Positions 10,625-20,744 of a stretch of 64,000 nucleotides of DNA are shown one piece after another (positions within the stretch are counted from its first letter, which is position 1; every line of letters begins with the position of its first letter). This DNA comes from Nannocystis bainbridge. Its GTDB lineage: Bacteria > Myxococcota_A > Polyangia > Nannocystales > Nannocystaceae. The stretch lies in assembly GCF_028368995.1 (NCBI RefSeq), contig NZ_JAQNDL010000001.1:3456001-3520000 (forward strand). The letters are read 5' to 3'. A program made the position numbers and the translations under genes. Below the pieces are notes generated by a model. That model worked only from the letters and a program-made list of their open reading frames with translations. It had not been told where the DNA came from and did no database searches.

Positions 10625-10732
10625 ATGCAGTCCGCACATTTCGCGCGGCGCGCGATTTGGATCACGCGCGCCGACAGCCCCGGCGCTAGTGACTCGGGCC
10701 CCCGCTTCCTTTAAGAAGAGGCCGGCCCGTCC

Positions 10733-11701
10733 ATGCCGCGCTACCTCGTCACCGCCGATCCGGTCGCCAGCTTCCAGCCGCGCTTCGATACGACGTTGCG
10801 CCTCATGGCCGAGCTGCTGGCCCGCGGCGTCGAGGTCGACTACTGCGACCTGTTCACGACCGACATGTCCCTCGGGACAGATGATTGGCTCGCCGCCCTG
10901 CCGGTCCGTTCGGTGCTGTGGAGCGACCCCTCACGCCCCCCGTACGTCGGCCTCGACGCCCCGCGCAGCGCCGCCGCGCTCGACTACGAGGTCCTCGTCC
11001 ACCGCAAGGACCCGCCGGTCGACGCGACCTACCGCGGCTGGGCCGAGCGGTTCGCGGCGCTCGACGGGCGGCTGCTGCAGCTCAACGAGCCGGCCGAGGT
11101 GCTGCGGCACTCCGAGCACCTGCTGCCGGCGCGCTTCCCCGAATTCTCGATCCCGACCTTCCACTGCCGCGAGTTCGGCGAATTCGCGGCGACCGTGCGC
11201 AGCCAGCCGGTCGAGGCCGTGGTCAAGCCGATCGCCGAGTGCAGCGGGATCGGCATCGCCTTCTTCCGCCCCGACGCGTCCGAACCTGTCCTTCGGGGCT
11301 GGTGGCAACAATACGGCGAGGCCGTGGTGCAGCCGTATCAGGAGGCCGTCACCACCCGCGGCGACCTGCGGATCTTGACCATCGGCCGGCGGATCCTCGG
11401 CAGCGTCACCCGGCTCCCGCGCCCGGGCTCGCGGCTCGCCAACCTCCACCAGGGCGCGTCGTACCACGCGTTCGACCCGACCCCGCGCCAGCTCGAGGCG
11501 GTGGCCGCGGTCACCGCCGAGCTGGTGCCTCGCGGCCTCTACCTGCTCGGCCTCGACTTCATCGGCGACCTGCTGTCCGAGGTCAACTTCACCAGCCCCT
11601 CGGCGATGGTCCAGATCGGCGAGGTCATGCACAAGCGCCCCGAGGTCGAGCTCGTCGACGAGATCGAGGCGCTCCGCCGCACCTTCGTCGCGCGCCCCTG
11701 A
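10733..11701 (+). CDS. gshB: Glutathione synthetase-like ATP-grasp enzyme
   Basis: DTTLRLM, RKDPPVD, ANLHQG, GLDFIGDLLSEVNFTSP match GshB motifs; divergent overall. Confidence 0.75.
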   Translation: MPRYLVTADPVASFQPRFDTTLRLMAELLARGVEVDYCDLFTTDMSLGTDDWLAALPVRSVLWSDPSRPPYVGLDAPRSAAALDYEVLVHRKDPPVDATYRGWAERFAALDGRLLQLNEPAEVLRHSEHLLPARFPEFSIPTFHCREFGEFAATVRSQPVEAVVKPIAECSGIGIAFFRPDASEPVLRGWWQQYGEAVVQPYQEAVTTRGDLRILTIGRRILGSVTRLPRPGSRLANLHQGASYHAFDPTPRQLEAVAAVTAELVPRGLYLLGLDFIGDLLSEVNFTSPSAMVQIGEVMHKRPEVELVDEIEALRRTFVARP

Positions 11702-11862
11702 ATTCAGCAGACCCGGCGGCCACGGGTCTGCATGGTGCGACGGCCTTCGCTTGCCCCCGACCTCGCGGCGGTCCGCGCGTTGCATACAATTCGCGCTCGA
11801 CGGGTCGCTATGCATATTGCATGCGAATCCCGGGCGCGCCCTCGATCTCGCAAATCCATGGC

Positions 11863-12303
11863 TCAGCGCGCCGCGATCAACGCCTCGAGCGCCGGTACGT
11901 GCGTCTCGCTGCGGCGCAACAGGTCGCTGCGGATCATCGCCTTGACCGCGGGCGGCAGCGACGGATCGTTCAGCGCGCGCCGGTACGCCTCGACCTGGCG
12001 CGCCTCGTCGTCGCACAGCGCGTCGACCGTGACGTTCAGCGCCTCGTCAGCGCGCGCGGCTGCGTATTCCTGGCCCGCGGTCGAGGTCGGCGCGACCTCT
12101 CCGTTTCGCAGCAGCAGCCCGCGCAGCACCTGGACCGCGCGGCTGTGGTCGACGCAGATCTGCCGCAGCCGCGGGCCCGCGTCCGGGCCGTCGAGCCACG
12201 TCAGCGCCCCGCGGTAGGTCTCCACCGCCGACAGCTCGGCCCGCAGCAGACGGGTCAACGTGTTCGGCGGATCGCCGCGCTCGGGGTTCGTCGCTGTAGC
12301 CAC
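11863..12303 (-). CDS. Ferritin-like four-helix-bundle protein (DUF2383/PA2169-like)
   Basis: LTRLLRAELSAVETY...DH...E...Y...H pattern. Confidence 0.7.
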   Translation of the reverse strand: MATATNPERGDPPNTLTRLLRAELSAVETYRGALTWLDGPDAGPRLRQICVDHSRAVQVLRGLLLRNGEVAPTSTAGQEYAAARADEALNVTVDALCDDEARQVEAYRRALNDPSLPPAVKAMIRSDLLRRSETHVPALEALIAAR

Positions 12304-12408
12304 GAGGATGCATTAGCGCCCGCCGCCACTATGTCAAGACCACGCGAGAGAACACGAATCCGGCGGCCGCGAGGGCCCGTGGGGCCGGTCGCGTCCGCCA
12401 GTCTGCGA

Positions 12409-13014
12409 TCATCCGTCGACGATCACGCCGAGCGAGGCACAGCGCGCGGCGTCGACGAAGATCAGCCCGTCGTCCTCATGCGGCGCGGCGCCGGGGGTGG
12501 TCGGCTGCTCACCCCCGCCTTCATCAGGCGTGGCCCCACCGCCGGGTTCGGTCGGCTGACCGCCGGGTTCGGTCGGCTCGGTGCCGGGCTTGGCCGGCTT
12601 TTTGCCCGGCTTCTTGCCCGGCTTGAAGCGCGTCGCGCAGAACGTCGCGCCGTCGTCGATGCACGCGCTGCGACACACGGCCACATCGTCGGCGGCGCGG
12701 TCGCAGGCCGCGAGGCAGACGTCGCCGATCTGCAGCTCGCAGGCGTTCTCCTCGGCCAGCGCCCGGGCCGTCGCGCAGAAGTCGAGCTCGACCTCCGCGG
12801 ACTCCCGCGATTCACCCCCGGGCTCGCCCGCGCCGGGCTCTTCGCCGGGCTGCTCTCCGGGCTTCTCGCCGGGCTTCTCTCCGGGCTTCTTGCCCGGCTT
12901 CTTGCCGGGCTTGAACGCGGACTCCTCGACCTGCGTGGTCAGCGGTTTCGCGGCAGCGACGATCGGCAGTGCGAGCGCGGCCGCAGGGAACAACACGAGC
13001 AAATGACGCATCAT
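12409..13014 (-). CDS. Secreted Cys-rich protein, paralog 1 (divergent; KPG/EPG-repeat inserts)
   Basis: Signal peptide; CLAAC...CRSACIDDGATFC...LIFVDAARC core shared with the next three genes; GAAAGGAA RBS. Confidence 0.8.
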   Translation of the reverse strand: MMRHLLVLFPAAALALPIVAAAKPLTTQVEESAFKPGKKPGKKPGEKPGEKPGEQPGEEPGAGEPGGESRESAEVELDFCATARALAEENACELQIGDVCLAACDRAADDVAVCRSACIDDGATFCATRFKPGKKPGKKPAKPGTEPTEPGGQPTEPGGGATPDEGGGEQPTTPGAAPHEDDGLIFVDAARCASLGVIVDG

Positions 13015-13640
13015 GGGAGGGTTCCTTTCACGTGAGGCGCAGCGACAGGCCAATCCTGTACGCGCGCTCGAGTGAAGATCTTGGGAGGACGGCAGGAGTA
13101 TGCAATCGCACCGAGCGACGTTAGTCGCCGTGGTGCAGCGCTGCAGCCGAGCGCGCCGGCGGTCGTCCACGTGCGCGGGTGAACACCGAAGCACGACGGA
13201 CGGGCGAGCGCCGCTGCCTGCCGCGAACGGGCGACAGGCGGGCCTCGCGGCCACTCCCACGATTTCCTGCCGATGCTGCTCCGGCGATCGAGCAGATCGC
13301 GAGCGAGCGAGCATGCCACGCGTGGCGATCGCGGAGTCACCCGCGCAGCCCGACCTGGCCCTGCGATTCAGCGGTCCTCGCCGTCGCCCGCGCCGTCCCC
13401 GGCGCAGCCCGACCCGCGGGTCTCCTGCGATTCGCCGGCTCGCCGTCGTCGCGCTCGTCGCTTGCATGCCAGGCGCCGCGCGTCATAGCTCGAAGTGTCG
13501 GACGCACGCCGGACGCGTCGGCCATGTCTCGACTGGCCGAAGCGACCGCGTACGCCCGGTCGTTCTCGTCGTGTTCCTTCGCAATGGCCGCGCCGATCTC
13601 TCGGCGGCGCGTGCCTCGCCCGACGGGGCGCTGAACGAGC

Positions 13641-13711
13641 GTCTCCGCCGCCTGCTGCCTGACGCACCCTCCCAGACGGCCAGGCAGACAGGCGGCGGAG
13701 ACGACCTTTTT
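13641..13711 (+). ncRNA. Candidate structured RNA, copy 1 (long stem, C-rich loop, U-tract)
   Basis: GTCTCCGCCGCCTG-CTGCCTG...CAGGCAG-A-CAGGCGGCGGAGAC enclosing ACGCACCCTCCCAGACGGC; TTTTT at 13707-13711. Strand uncertain. Confidence 0.55.
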
Positions 13712-13867
13712 CGTGCGCGGCAGGCCGTGCACACGCCTCTGTGCGAGAGGCCGGCCTACCGCGGGCGGGCGCTCATCGCCCCGCCTCGCTCATCCTCCGG
13801 CGCGAGGGCCCGCGCGTCGCCCGGTGCGGCGGCACCGTTCGCCACGGCATCCCTCGTCCCGGTCTGC

Positions 13868-14338
13868 TCACAGCTCCGAGAGCGCGAGCTCGAGACAGGT
13901 CGAAGTGTCGATGAAGATCGCCTGTTCGTCGAAATCGGGCCGCTGGTGGTCGAAGTCGTCGTCGTCGTCGTTCCAGCCGCCCCAGCGGGTCTTCAGGTCG
14001 CTGGGCGCGCAGAACATCGCGCCCTCGCCGTCGCACTGCGAACGGCAGGTCTGACCGGCGTCGCCGGCGTGGTCGTCGCAGGCCGCGAGGCAGCTCGGGC
14101 CGGACAGCGAGTCGCAATCGTAGGCCCGGTTGTCCTGGCCGGTCTGCACGAAGATCTGGGTCTGCGTGCACACGGCAAGCAGCAGGTCCTCGCCGATATC
14201 GCAGTTGTTACCACCGCCCCAGCACCACCCCACCGGCTCGGCGGGGATGGAGAGCGGGCGAGCCATCGACGGCGTGGCCGCGATGAACGGCAGGGCGAAC
14301 GCCAGAGCGGGGCACAGCAACAGAATCTTGCGCAACAT
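13868..14338 (-). CDS. Secreted Cys-rich acidic protein, paralog 2
   Basis: MLRKILLLCP signal peptide; VCTQTQIFVQTGQDNRAYDCD...CLAAC...CRSQCDGEGAMFCAP...RWGGW...IFIDTSTCLEL. Confidence 0.88.
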   Translation of the reverse strand: MLRKILLLCPALAFALPFIAATPSMARPLSIPAEPVGWCWGGGNNCDIGEDLLLAVCTQTQIFVQTGQDNRAYDCDSLSGPSCLAACDDHAGDAGQTCRSQCDGEGAMFCAPSDLKTRWGGWNDDDDDFDHQRPDFDEQAIFIDTSTCLELALSEL

Positions 14339-14392
14339 GGAGATTTCCTTTCGTTTCTCTCGGATCGCCGCGGGTTCTTCCCCGCGACGGTT

Positions 14393-14460
14393 GGAATATT
14401 CAGTGACCCCCCAACAGGCGCAACGGTGAATTGTGGTGAATCGCATCGCCGAGCCCGGCG
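14393..14460 (-). promoter_or_regulatory. Conserved promoter-like element of the Cys-rich gene family (also ~16389-16447 and ~17756-17800)
   Basis: On the minus strand, TTGCSC-N16/17-AATATT within the palindrome GAATATTC, about 55-70 bp upstream of paralogs 2, 3 and 4. Confidence 0.6.
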
Positions 14461-15621
14461 CCAACTGTCCCAATGGGGGCCGCAGGGCGGCTCAGACCGG
14501 CAAATTCGCCCAAATTCGTGGTTCTGCGCGGAGCTACGGCGCCAGCGGCGATCCTGATGATTCACCGACCGATCGTCACCGCAATTCGCCGTCGCCCGCC
14601 GCGCTCTGCATTGCTCATAGCATCCTCGCGGGCCTGACGAGGCCGGCGCGTCTCGGCGCAATCCTACAAGTGCATATCATCATTGATGAAGCGACGCGGC
14701 CGCGGCGACCTACAGGAGGGCGCCGCGCACCGATCGGCGGACGAAGGCTCGCGGCAGCGACCAATGTTATACATGGCATGCTATCGCATGACAAGTCGCA
14801 GCGAATGCCACGTGTCCCTGCGGCCGCCCGAGCCCGCGACCGGGCCGCCCGCCTCACTGCGTCGATGATGCTTTTTAAAAGGGGGGACATGCCCGATGAG
14901 ACACCATGACGATTCGCGCCGCGAGCCGGCCCCGCCGTCCCGCAGCGACGCAGAGTCGGCCGCGCTCCCCCGCTCCTCGGCGCTGCCCGCCCGCCCGTCC
15001 GGCCGCAGCTCCGGCCGGGCGCGACGAACGGAGCCACGACGGGGATGCAGCTCCGCCACGCCGGTGCTCTGCTGGAGAGCCGCGCCCGAGCTTGCCGATC
15101 CCGCAGAGGCTGCGACCAGGCGCCGCTCCGACGACCTCCGAGCGCGGCACCGTCGCCGCGGACCTGCGCTTCACCGCGGCGCGTCGTCCGACCCGCCGAT
15201 GGCGCCACGAGGATCCGAGCCGGGACGCCGGGGCAGATCGCCGCCACGTCGAAGCTCGCGCCCCCGGACGCGATGCGGGTGCCGCGAACGCAAAGCATCG
15301 CTCGCGGCGCCCCCCGGAGCCGGTTGCGCTCCGCGTCGCAGCGACCCGAGCGATGCCCTCTTTCGCGGTGCTCCGCCCTCGTCCCCCCGGGAGCTTGCAC
15401 CCCGGTGGTGAAGACGTATAGCAAGGAGGTGTCGGATACACGCCTCCTCGCGGAGACCCACGGCTCCTCGGCCCGCACACCGGCGAGCCCTGTCGTCACC
15501 GCCCGAGCGACCGACACCCTCTACGAGCATTCAATTTTTTCTGACTGACCAATAGCAGCAGCATTTGGGCAGCGTCGAACTCTCGGCGACGCGTGCCTCG
15601 CCCGGCGGGGCGACCGCGAGC

Positions 15622-15700
15622 GTCTCCGCCGCCTGCTCCCTGACGCACCCTCCCAGACGGCCAGGCGAGACAGGCGGCGGAGACGACCCTTCTTCAATTT
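15622..15700 (+). ncRNA. Candidate structured RNA, copy 2
   Basis: Same outer stem and loop as 13641; inner stem altered (CTCCCTG/CAGGCGAG); pyrimidine tail. Confidence 0.55.
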
Positions 15701-15860
15701 CGGCGGGCCGATGCACAGGCCTCTGCGCGCTGCAGAGGCGGCCCGCCGCGGCCGGGGCTGTCAGCCCCGCGCCCCTTCGTCGCGCCTTGGCGCCCCGATC
15801 GTCTGCAACCCCCGGCGCGGCGACGCCGAGCGCGGCAGCTTCGATGGGGCCCGCGCGCGT

Positions 15861-16325
15861 TCACCGTTGGTCGAGGTTGAGCTCGAGGCAGGTCTCGGTG
15901 TTGATGAAGATCATGTCGTCCTGATCCTGGTGGTGGTTGTCGTCGTCGTCGTCGTCGTCGTCCCAGCCGCCCCAGCGCGCCTTGAGGTCGCCGGGCGCGC
16001 AGAACAGCGCGCCGTCGCCGTCGCAGTGGCTGCGGCAGGTCTCGCCGGCGTCACCGGCCGCGGCGCAGCTGGCGAGGCAGGTCGGACCGGTCAGCGTGTC
16101 GCACTCGTAAGCGCGGTTGTCCTGGCCGGTCTGGACGAAGATCTGGGTCTGCACGCACACCGCGAGCACCAGGTCGTCGTCGAAATCTCCGCAGTCGTTG
16201 CCGCCCCAGCACCACTCCGCCGGCTGGGCGGGGATCGAAAGCGGGCGCGCCATCGAGGTCCCGGCCGCGACGAGCGGCAAGGCGAACGCGAGAACGGGGC
16301 AGAGCATCAAGATCTTGCGAAACAT
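15861..16325 (-). CDS. Secreted Cys-rich acidic protein, paralog 3
   Basis: MFRKILMLCP signal peptide, same Cys core, poly-Asp tract; AGGAGGA RBS. Confidence 0.88.
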   Translation of the reverse strand: MFRKILMLCPVLAFALPLVAAGTSMARPLSIPAQPAEWCWGGNDCGDFDDDLVLAVCVQTQIFVQTGQDNRAYECDTLTGPTCLASCAAAGDAGETCRSHCDGDGALFCAPGDLKARWGGWDDDDDDDDNHHQDQDDMIFINTETCLELNLDQR

Positions 16326-17001
16326 GGGAGTCCTCCTCCTGTCGGTCTCAGCGCGCTTCACGAGCACATTCCCGTGGCGCGTCGATGGGGAATATTCGGT
16401 GTCCCCGCGCGCCGGGCAATGCGGAGCTGTGGTGAGTCGCATCGTCAGCCGCGATCGGGTTCGCCTGTTTCTTCTGACAGAGGGCAGCAGAGGCCCCAAC
16501 GCGGGACGATCTGGCAAATTTACCCGCCCATCGGCGCCCGCGGCGAAATCTCGACGGAATCATCGCGGGATGCGACGCCGCCCGCCGCGCGAGCGACGAA
16601 TCATCGGACTTCGCGCCCTGCGGCGATTTCGACGCCTCACGCAATTGTCCGTCATCGTTGACGATGCGACGCGGCCGCGGCGGCGCGCCCGGAGGCTGCC
16701 GCGCACGGCGATCGCGGGGCGACCCCGGCGGCGACGCTGGGTTCCGGCCGTCTCGCGTCGCAGGTGGCATTCACGACGACATTCGTGGCATTCTCGGGCC
16801 GCGGTCGTCGCCTTTGAAGCTTTCACCCGCGCCCGGGCCGCCCGCCGCTGCGCCCGGCTGGCCTGATGCTCCCGGCGCCACGCGCCGAATCATCGCCCGG
16901 CTCGCCGCCCCGTTCAATCATCGGTGCGAGCCATCAGCGACCGTGCTGTATGATCGGCGGGAAGGCCCCAATCTTCGAAATCGATTCGCACCGCGAAAAT
17001 G

Positions 17002-17058
17002 GCTCCGCCGCCCGTTCTGACGCACCCCTCCCAGGACGGCCAGAACGGACGGCGGAGT
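17002..17058 (+). ncRNA. Candidate structured RNA, copy 3 (covarying stem)
   Basis: CTCCGCCG-C-CCGTTCTG pairs with CAGAACGG-A-CGGCGGAG around loop ACGCACCCCTCCCAGGACGGC. Confidence 0.5.
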
Positions 17059-17174
17059 AGCCGGCGGATTGCGAGGCGCCCGCGTCGAGGCGGGCTCGTC
17101 GCGTGCCCGATCGGTCCGTCATGGCCCGACGCGGCGGCGTCAGGCGGGCAGGAGCCGATCAGGCCCGCAGGTGC

Positions 17175-17690
17175 TCACCCCTGCAGGTCGAGCTGCAGAC
17201 AGGTCGAGGTGTCGATGAAGATGAGCTCTTCGTCGATGTCGCCGATGCCGGGACGGTCGTCCCACGGGCCGATGCCGGGGCGGTTGCCGCCCCACGGGCC
17301 GAAGCCGCCCCAGCCGCCCAGGCCGCCCCAGCGGGCCGTGAGCTCGCTCGGCGCGCAGAACAGGGCACCGCCGTCGTCACACTGGCTGCGGCACGTGTCG
17401 CCCTCGATCTCGTCGGCGCATTGCGCGAGACAGAACGGGCCGGTCAGGGTGTCGCAATCGTAGGCGCGGTTGTTGGAGCCGGTGCCGACGAAGATCTGGG
17501 TCTGCGTGCATACCTGCAGCAGCAGGGCGCTGTCGAGGCCCTGGTTCCACGCGCCCTGGTCCGGGCGGCTGGGACCGAACTGACCCCCGCCCTGGGCCGG
17601 CTCCGAGGGGGCGACCAGCGGGCGCGCCATGGCCGGAGTGACCGCGAGGGACGACAGGACCGAACAAACCATCAGGATATTGCGAATCAT
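17175..17690 (-). CDS. Secreted Cys-rich protein, paralog 4 (Gly/Trp/Pro-rich insert)
   Basis: Signal peptide, VCTQTQIFV...NRAYDCD core, WGGLGGWGGFGPWGG insert, IFIDTSTCLQL end. Confidence 0.88.
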   Translation of the reverse strand: MIRNILMVCSVLSSLAVTPAMARPLVAPSEPAQGGGQFGPSRPDQGAWNQGLDSALLLQVCTQTQIFVGTGSNNRAYDCDTLTGPFCLAQCADEIEGDTCRSQCDDGGALFCAPSELTARWGGLGGWGGFGPWGGNRPGIGPWDDRPGIGDIDEELIFIDTSTCLQLDLQG

Positions 17691-18852
17691 TGGGGAGTTC
17701 CTTTCTTCTCTGCTCTCGGGCGCGACGTGGGAGGATTCCCCCGTCGTGCTGTGTAGGAATATTCAGCCGCCCCAGAACGTGGGCAATGTCGAGTTGTGGC
17801 CCGGCGCATACCCGACGTCCCGCCAAACTGCCGGCGACGCGGGATTGCGGCGGCGCAGACCCGCGAATTCGCGGCCGCGTCGAGCCCCGGCCGGAACGCG
17901 GCGGGAGCGGCGTCGGCGGCCGTTTGGCGGTGTTCGTGGGCAAATATCGCCGCCGCCCGCCGCGCTCCTACATTGCTCATACCGTGTCACCCCGATCCGG
18001 CAATATCGAGGCCGCCGACCCGCTCGCACAAACAGGTATCTTCATTGACTGTGCGGCGCGGTCGCGGCGGCCTGCGGAGGGCTCCGCGCACCCACGAGTG
18101 GATTCCGCCCGCCAATAGGGCCTTCTAAAGGGTGGATATGCCATTCAACCATACAAGTCGCGTCTATCATGACACCGTTGATTTACACCACTGTGGCCGG
18201 GCCGCGCGCGAGCCATCATCACACATGTCCCAAGGGACATTTCATTTTTAAAGAGAAGGGGTGCGCTCGGCGGCGCGGCCACGGCGGTACGAGGCTGTCG
18301 GCGCGACGCTCGACGCGCTCGCGGCGGCTCCGCCCACTCGTTTCACTGGCTCATGCGCGCCCGCTCTGCGCATCGGTGCAGGGCCTCGCAGCGGCTCGGA
18401 CGGACAGGCGCTCGCGTCGTTCGCCCGCGTCATCTGCCCGCGGGGTGGCTCGCCGCTCCGGCCCCGCTGGGGCCCTCGCCGACGCGCACGCTGGCTCTGG
18501 CCGCGCCTCGGCCTCGGCGCACCCGGCAACCATCCTCCGGGCACATCGCCGCCCGGCGCCGCGAGGCCGACGACCGCCTCGCGCCCACCCGCACATGCCC
18601 CTTCGTGCATGTCCGAAAGAACATGCGCACCTAGCGCGGCAGGACTCGCTCGCTCGCCGGGCTCGCCGTCCGCGAACAAGGCCGCCTGGTCGTCCGTGGC
18701 CCGGCGCCCCCGACCGTTCCTCGCTCCTCGGCCGCTTCACGGGCTCTGGCTCGCCAGGCAAATCCCTTCGATGAAACTTGGGGGCCTTCGCCCACTGGCG
18801 CGCGTCCGCCACCCCGCCCATAGTTCCGCCCGCTCCAACAAGGACGATACCG

Positions 18853-19329
18853 ATGTACGCCAGCCCGAGCCACCTGCCCCAAGAAGCACGTCAGAAGATC
18901 GCCGCTGCCCTCCAGGCGGTGCTTGACGATGGCCTCGACCTGCACAGCCAGATCAAGGTCGCCCACTGGAACATCAAGGGCATGCACTTCGCGTCGCTGC
19001 ACCCGCTGTTCGAGACCTTCGCGGTCAGCCTCGCCAACCACAACGACATCGTCGCCGAGCGCGCGGTCACCCTCGGCGCGCAGATCTTCGGCACCGCCCG
19101 CCACGTCGCCAAGAGCTCGCGCCTGCCCGAGTACCCGCAGGACACCACCCGCGACCTCGACCACGTGCGCCTGCTCGCCGAGCGCATCGAGACTTATTTG
19201 TCCGGCCTACAGGGCGCGCGCAAGATCGGCGACCAGCAGCAAGACGTCGACACCGTCGACATGCTGACGGCGATCATCAGCGAGTTCGAGAAGCACGGGT
19301 GGTTCCTCCGCGCCCACCTCGACCGCTGA
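18853..19329 (+). CDS. dps: Dps DNA-protection ferritin-like protein
   Basis: KVAHWNIKGMHFASLHPLFE, DIVAER, EKHGWFL; AGGA RBS. Confidence 0.95.
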   Translation: MYASPSHLPQEARQKIAAALQAVLDDGLDLHSQIKVAHWNIKGMHFASLHPLFETFAVSLANHNDIVAERAVTLGAQIFGTARHVAKSSRLPEYPQDTTRDLDHVRLLAERIETYLSGLQGARKIGDQQQDVDTVDMLTAIISEFEKHGWFLRAHLDR

Positions 19330-19411
19330 GCATTGCGTGACCGTCGCCGGCGCTCCCTCGCCGGCGACCAGCGACGCCGGTCCTGCGGCGTCGCTCGCCT
19401 CGGCGGCCCTG

Positions 19412-20062
19412 CTACTCGGTGCCGCCGATCTCGATGTTGTACTTCACCGTCATCGGCGGCCCGTTGTAGGTCGGGAACTGGTGATTGGCGATCGCCTTGC
19501 GCACGCACGGGACGATGCCGAACACCTGCAGGTCGGCGCCCGCGGTGACCGACACGGCGTCGGCACGACCTGTCTTTCCGACCAGGCTGATGATGAGGTC
19601 GAGGCGACCGCCCTTGAGGCTGCCGCCGCTGTAACAGGCGGCCACCGCCAGACACTCGTTGATCGCGTACTCGACCTCGCGCATGTTGGCGTTGAGCACC
19701 GGCTCGTTGAGCTGCTCGTCGCCGGCGCTCCAGTCGAGCGTGCGGGTGCGGTTGGGGTCGAACTGCGGGATCGACTTGTCGTCGACGGGGACGAATTTCT
19801 TCGGCAGATGGTTGCGATCGAGGGTGCACTCGCCCCACGAGGTGATCGGCGGCCGCATCGGCACCTCCTCCTCGATGACGGCCTGCGAGGTGCAGATGTC
19901 CTGCGAATAATCGACGACGCACGCCTTGCCGTCGCAGCGGGTCCCGCGGCCGCACATCCCGCCGCATTCGCCCGCGGGCGCCTGCGAATCGCCGTTCTTC
20001 TTGCAAGCCACCGGCGCCAGCGAGAGGCCGGCGAGACCGGCCACGATCAGGGTCGTACGCAT
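19412..20062 (-). CDS. Lipoprotein with Cys-rich N-terminus and AgmX/PglI (TonB-C-like) C-terminal domain
   Basis: Lipobox PVAC; CGGMCGRGTRCDGKAC; C-terminal CVRKAIANHQFP...VKY. Confidence 0.65.
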   Translation of the reverse strand: MRTTLIVAGLAGLSLAPVACKKNGDSQAPAGECGGMCGRGTRCDGKACVVDYSQDICTSQAVIEEEVPMRPPITSWGECTLDRNHLPKKFVPVDDKSIPQFDPNRTRTLDWSAGDEQLNEPVLNANMREVEYAINECLAVAACYSGGSLKGGRLDLIISLVGKTGRADAVSVTAGADLQVFGIVPCVRKAIANHQFPTYNGPPMTVKYNIEIGGTE

Positions 20063-20744
20063 CGCCGGGGAGCGTATCACCGTCGGCCTCGCCCGCGGTG
20101 TCGCCCGCTCCACCCGACTATTTTCGCGCCGTGGGCCGGTCTGCTCGTTGGGACAGGTCCACCGCCGCCCACACGCGGACCGCCGCATCAACCTTTAAAA
20201 ACCCGTCGGAGAGATGCGAGCTGCCCGCGCGACCGGAAGAACCCGGGGCGGGGAACCTGCGGAGATCGGCGCACGCAGGCTGGCCGGAGCTCGGAGAGAC
20301 CGGCCGACCCTTCGATCCGCGACGCGAGCCCGAGGCGAGCCCTCCCGGAGTCGCCCCATAGGCAGGCGCTCGGAGCGGTGAGCGACTGTGTTCTGAGCCT
20401 TCGCGGCCGGCGTGCTACGGCGTCCCCGGGCCGAGTCCTCGCAGAGGCGGTCGCGACGAAGTTCTCGAGCGAGTGGGGCCACGGCGCCCGGCCGTCGCAG
20501 CAAACGCGGCGCGAAAGAGGCAGCGCATCCCCGCGACCATTCGGGCCCGGTTCTCGGCGAGCGACCGCCGAGACGACCTCCTGTCAGCTTTCGCTGGCTC
20601 GCTCCGCGCCTCGCCGCGAGGAGGCGATCGTCACCGAGCGGCGCCGGCGAAAATCAGCGCGCGCGCTCGGAGTCGGAGACCGGCGGTTGTCGTACACCGC
20701 CGCATAGGCCCGACGATCGCGAGTCGCCTCGCCTCGCCTCTGGC

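Noticed and set aside
13641-13711. Retron msr-msd interpretation of the repeated hairpin
   Set aside because: The inverted repeats enclose too little sequence for msr plus msd, and no reverse transcriptase is encoded in the window.
14499-14560. c-di-GMP-I riboswitch suggested by GGCAAA boxes
   Set aside because: Wrong strand relative to the genes, and the rest of the consensus (GAAA loop, GACGCAAAGC) is missing.
10733-17690. RiPP cluster (ATP-grasp ligase plus Cys-rich precursors)
   Set aside because: The ATP-grasp enzyme carries GshB-specific motifs, and the Cys-rich proteins have Sec signals with no nearby transporter, protease or tailoring genes.
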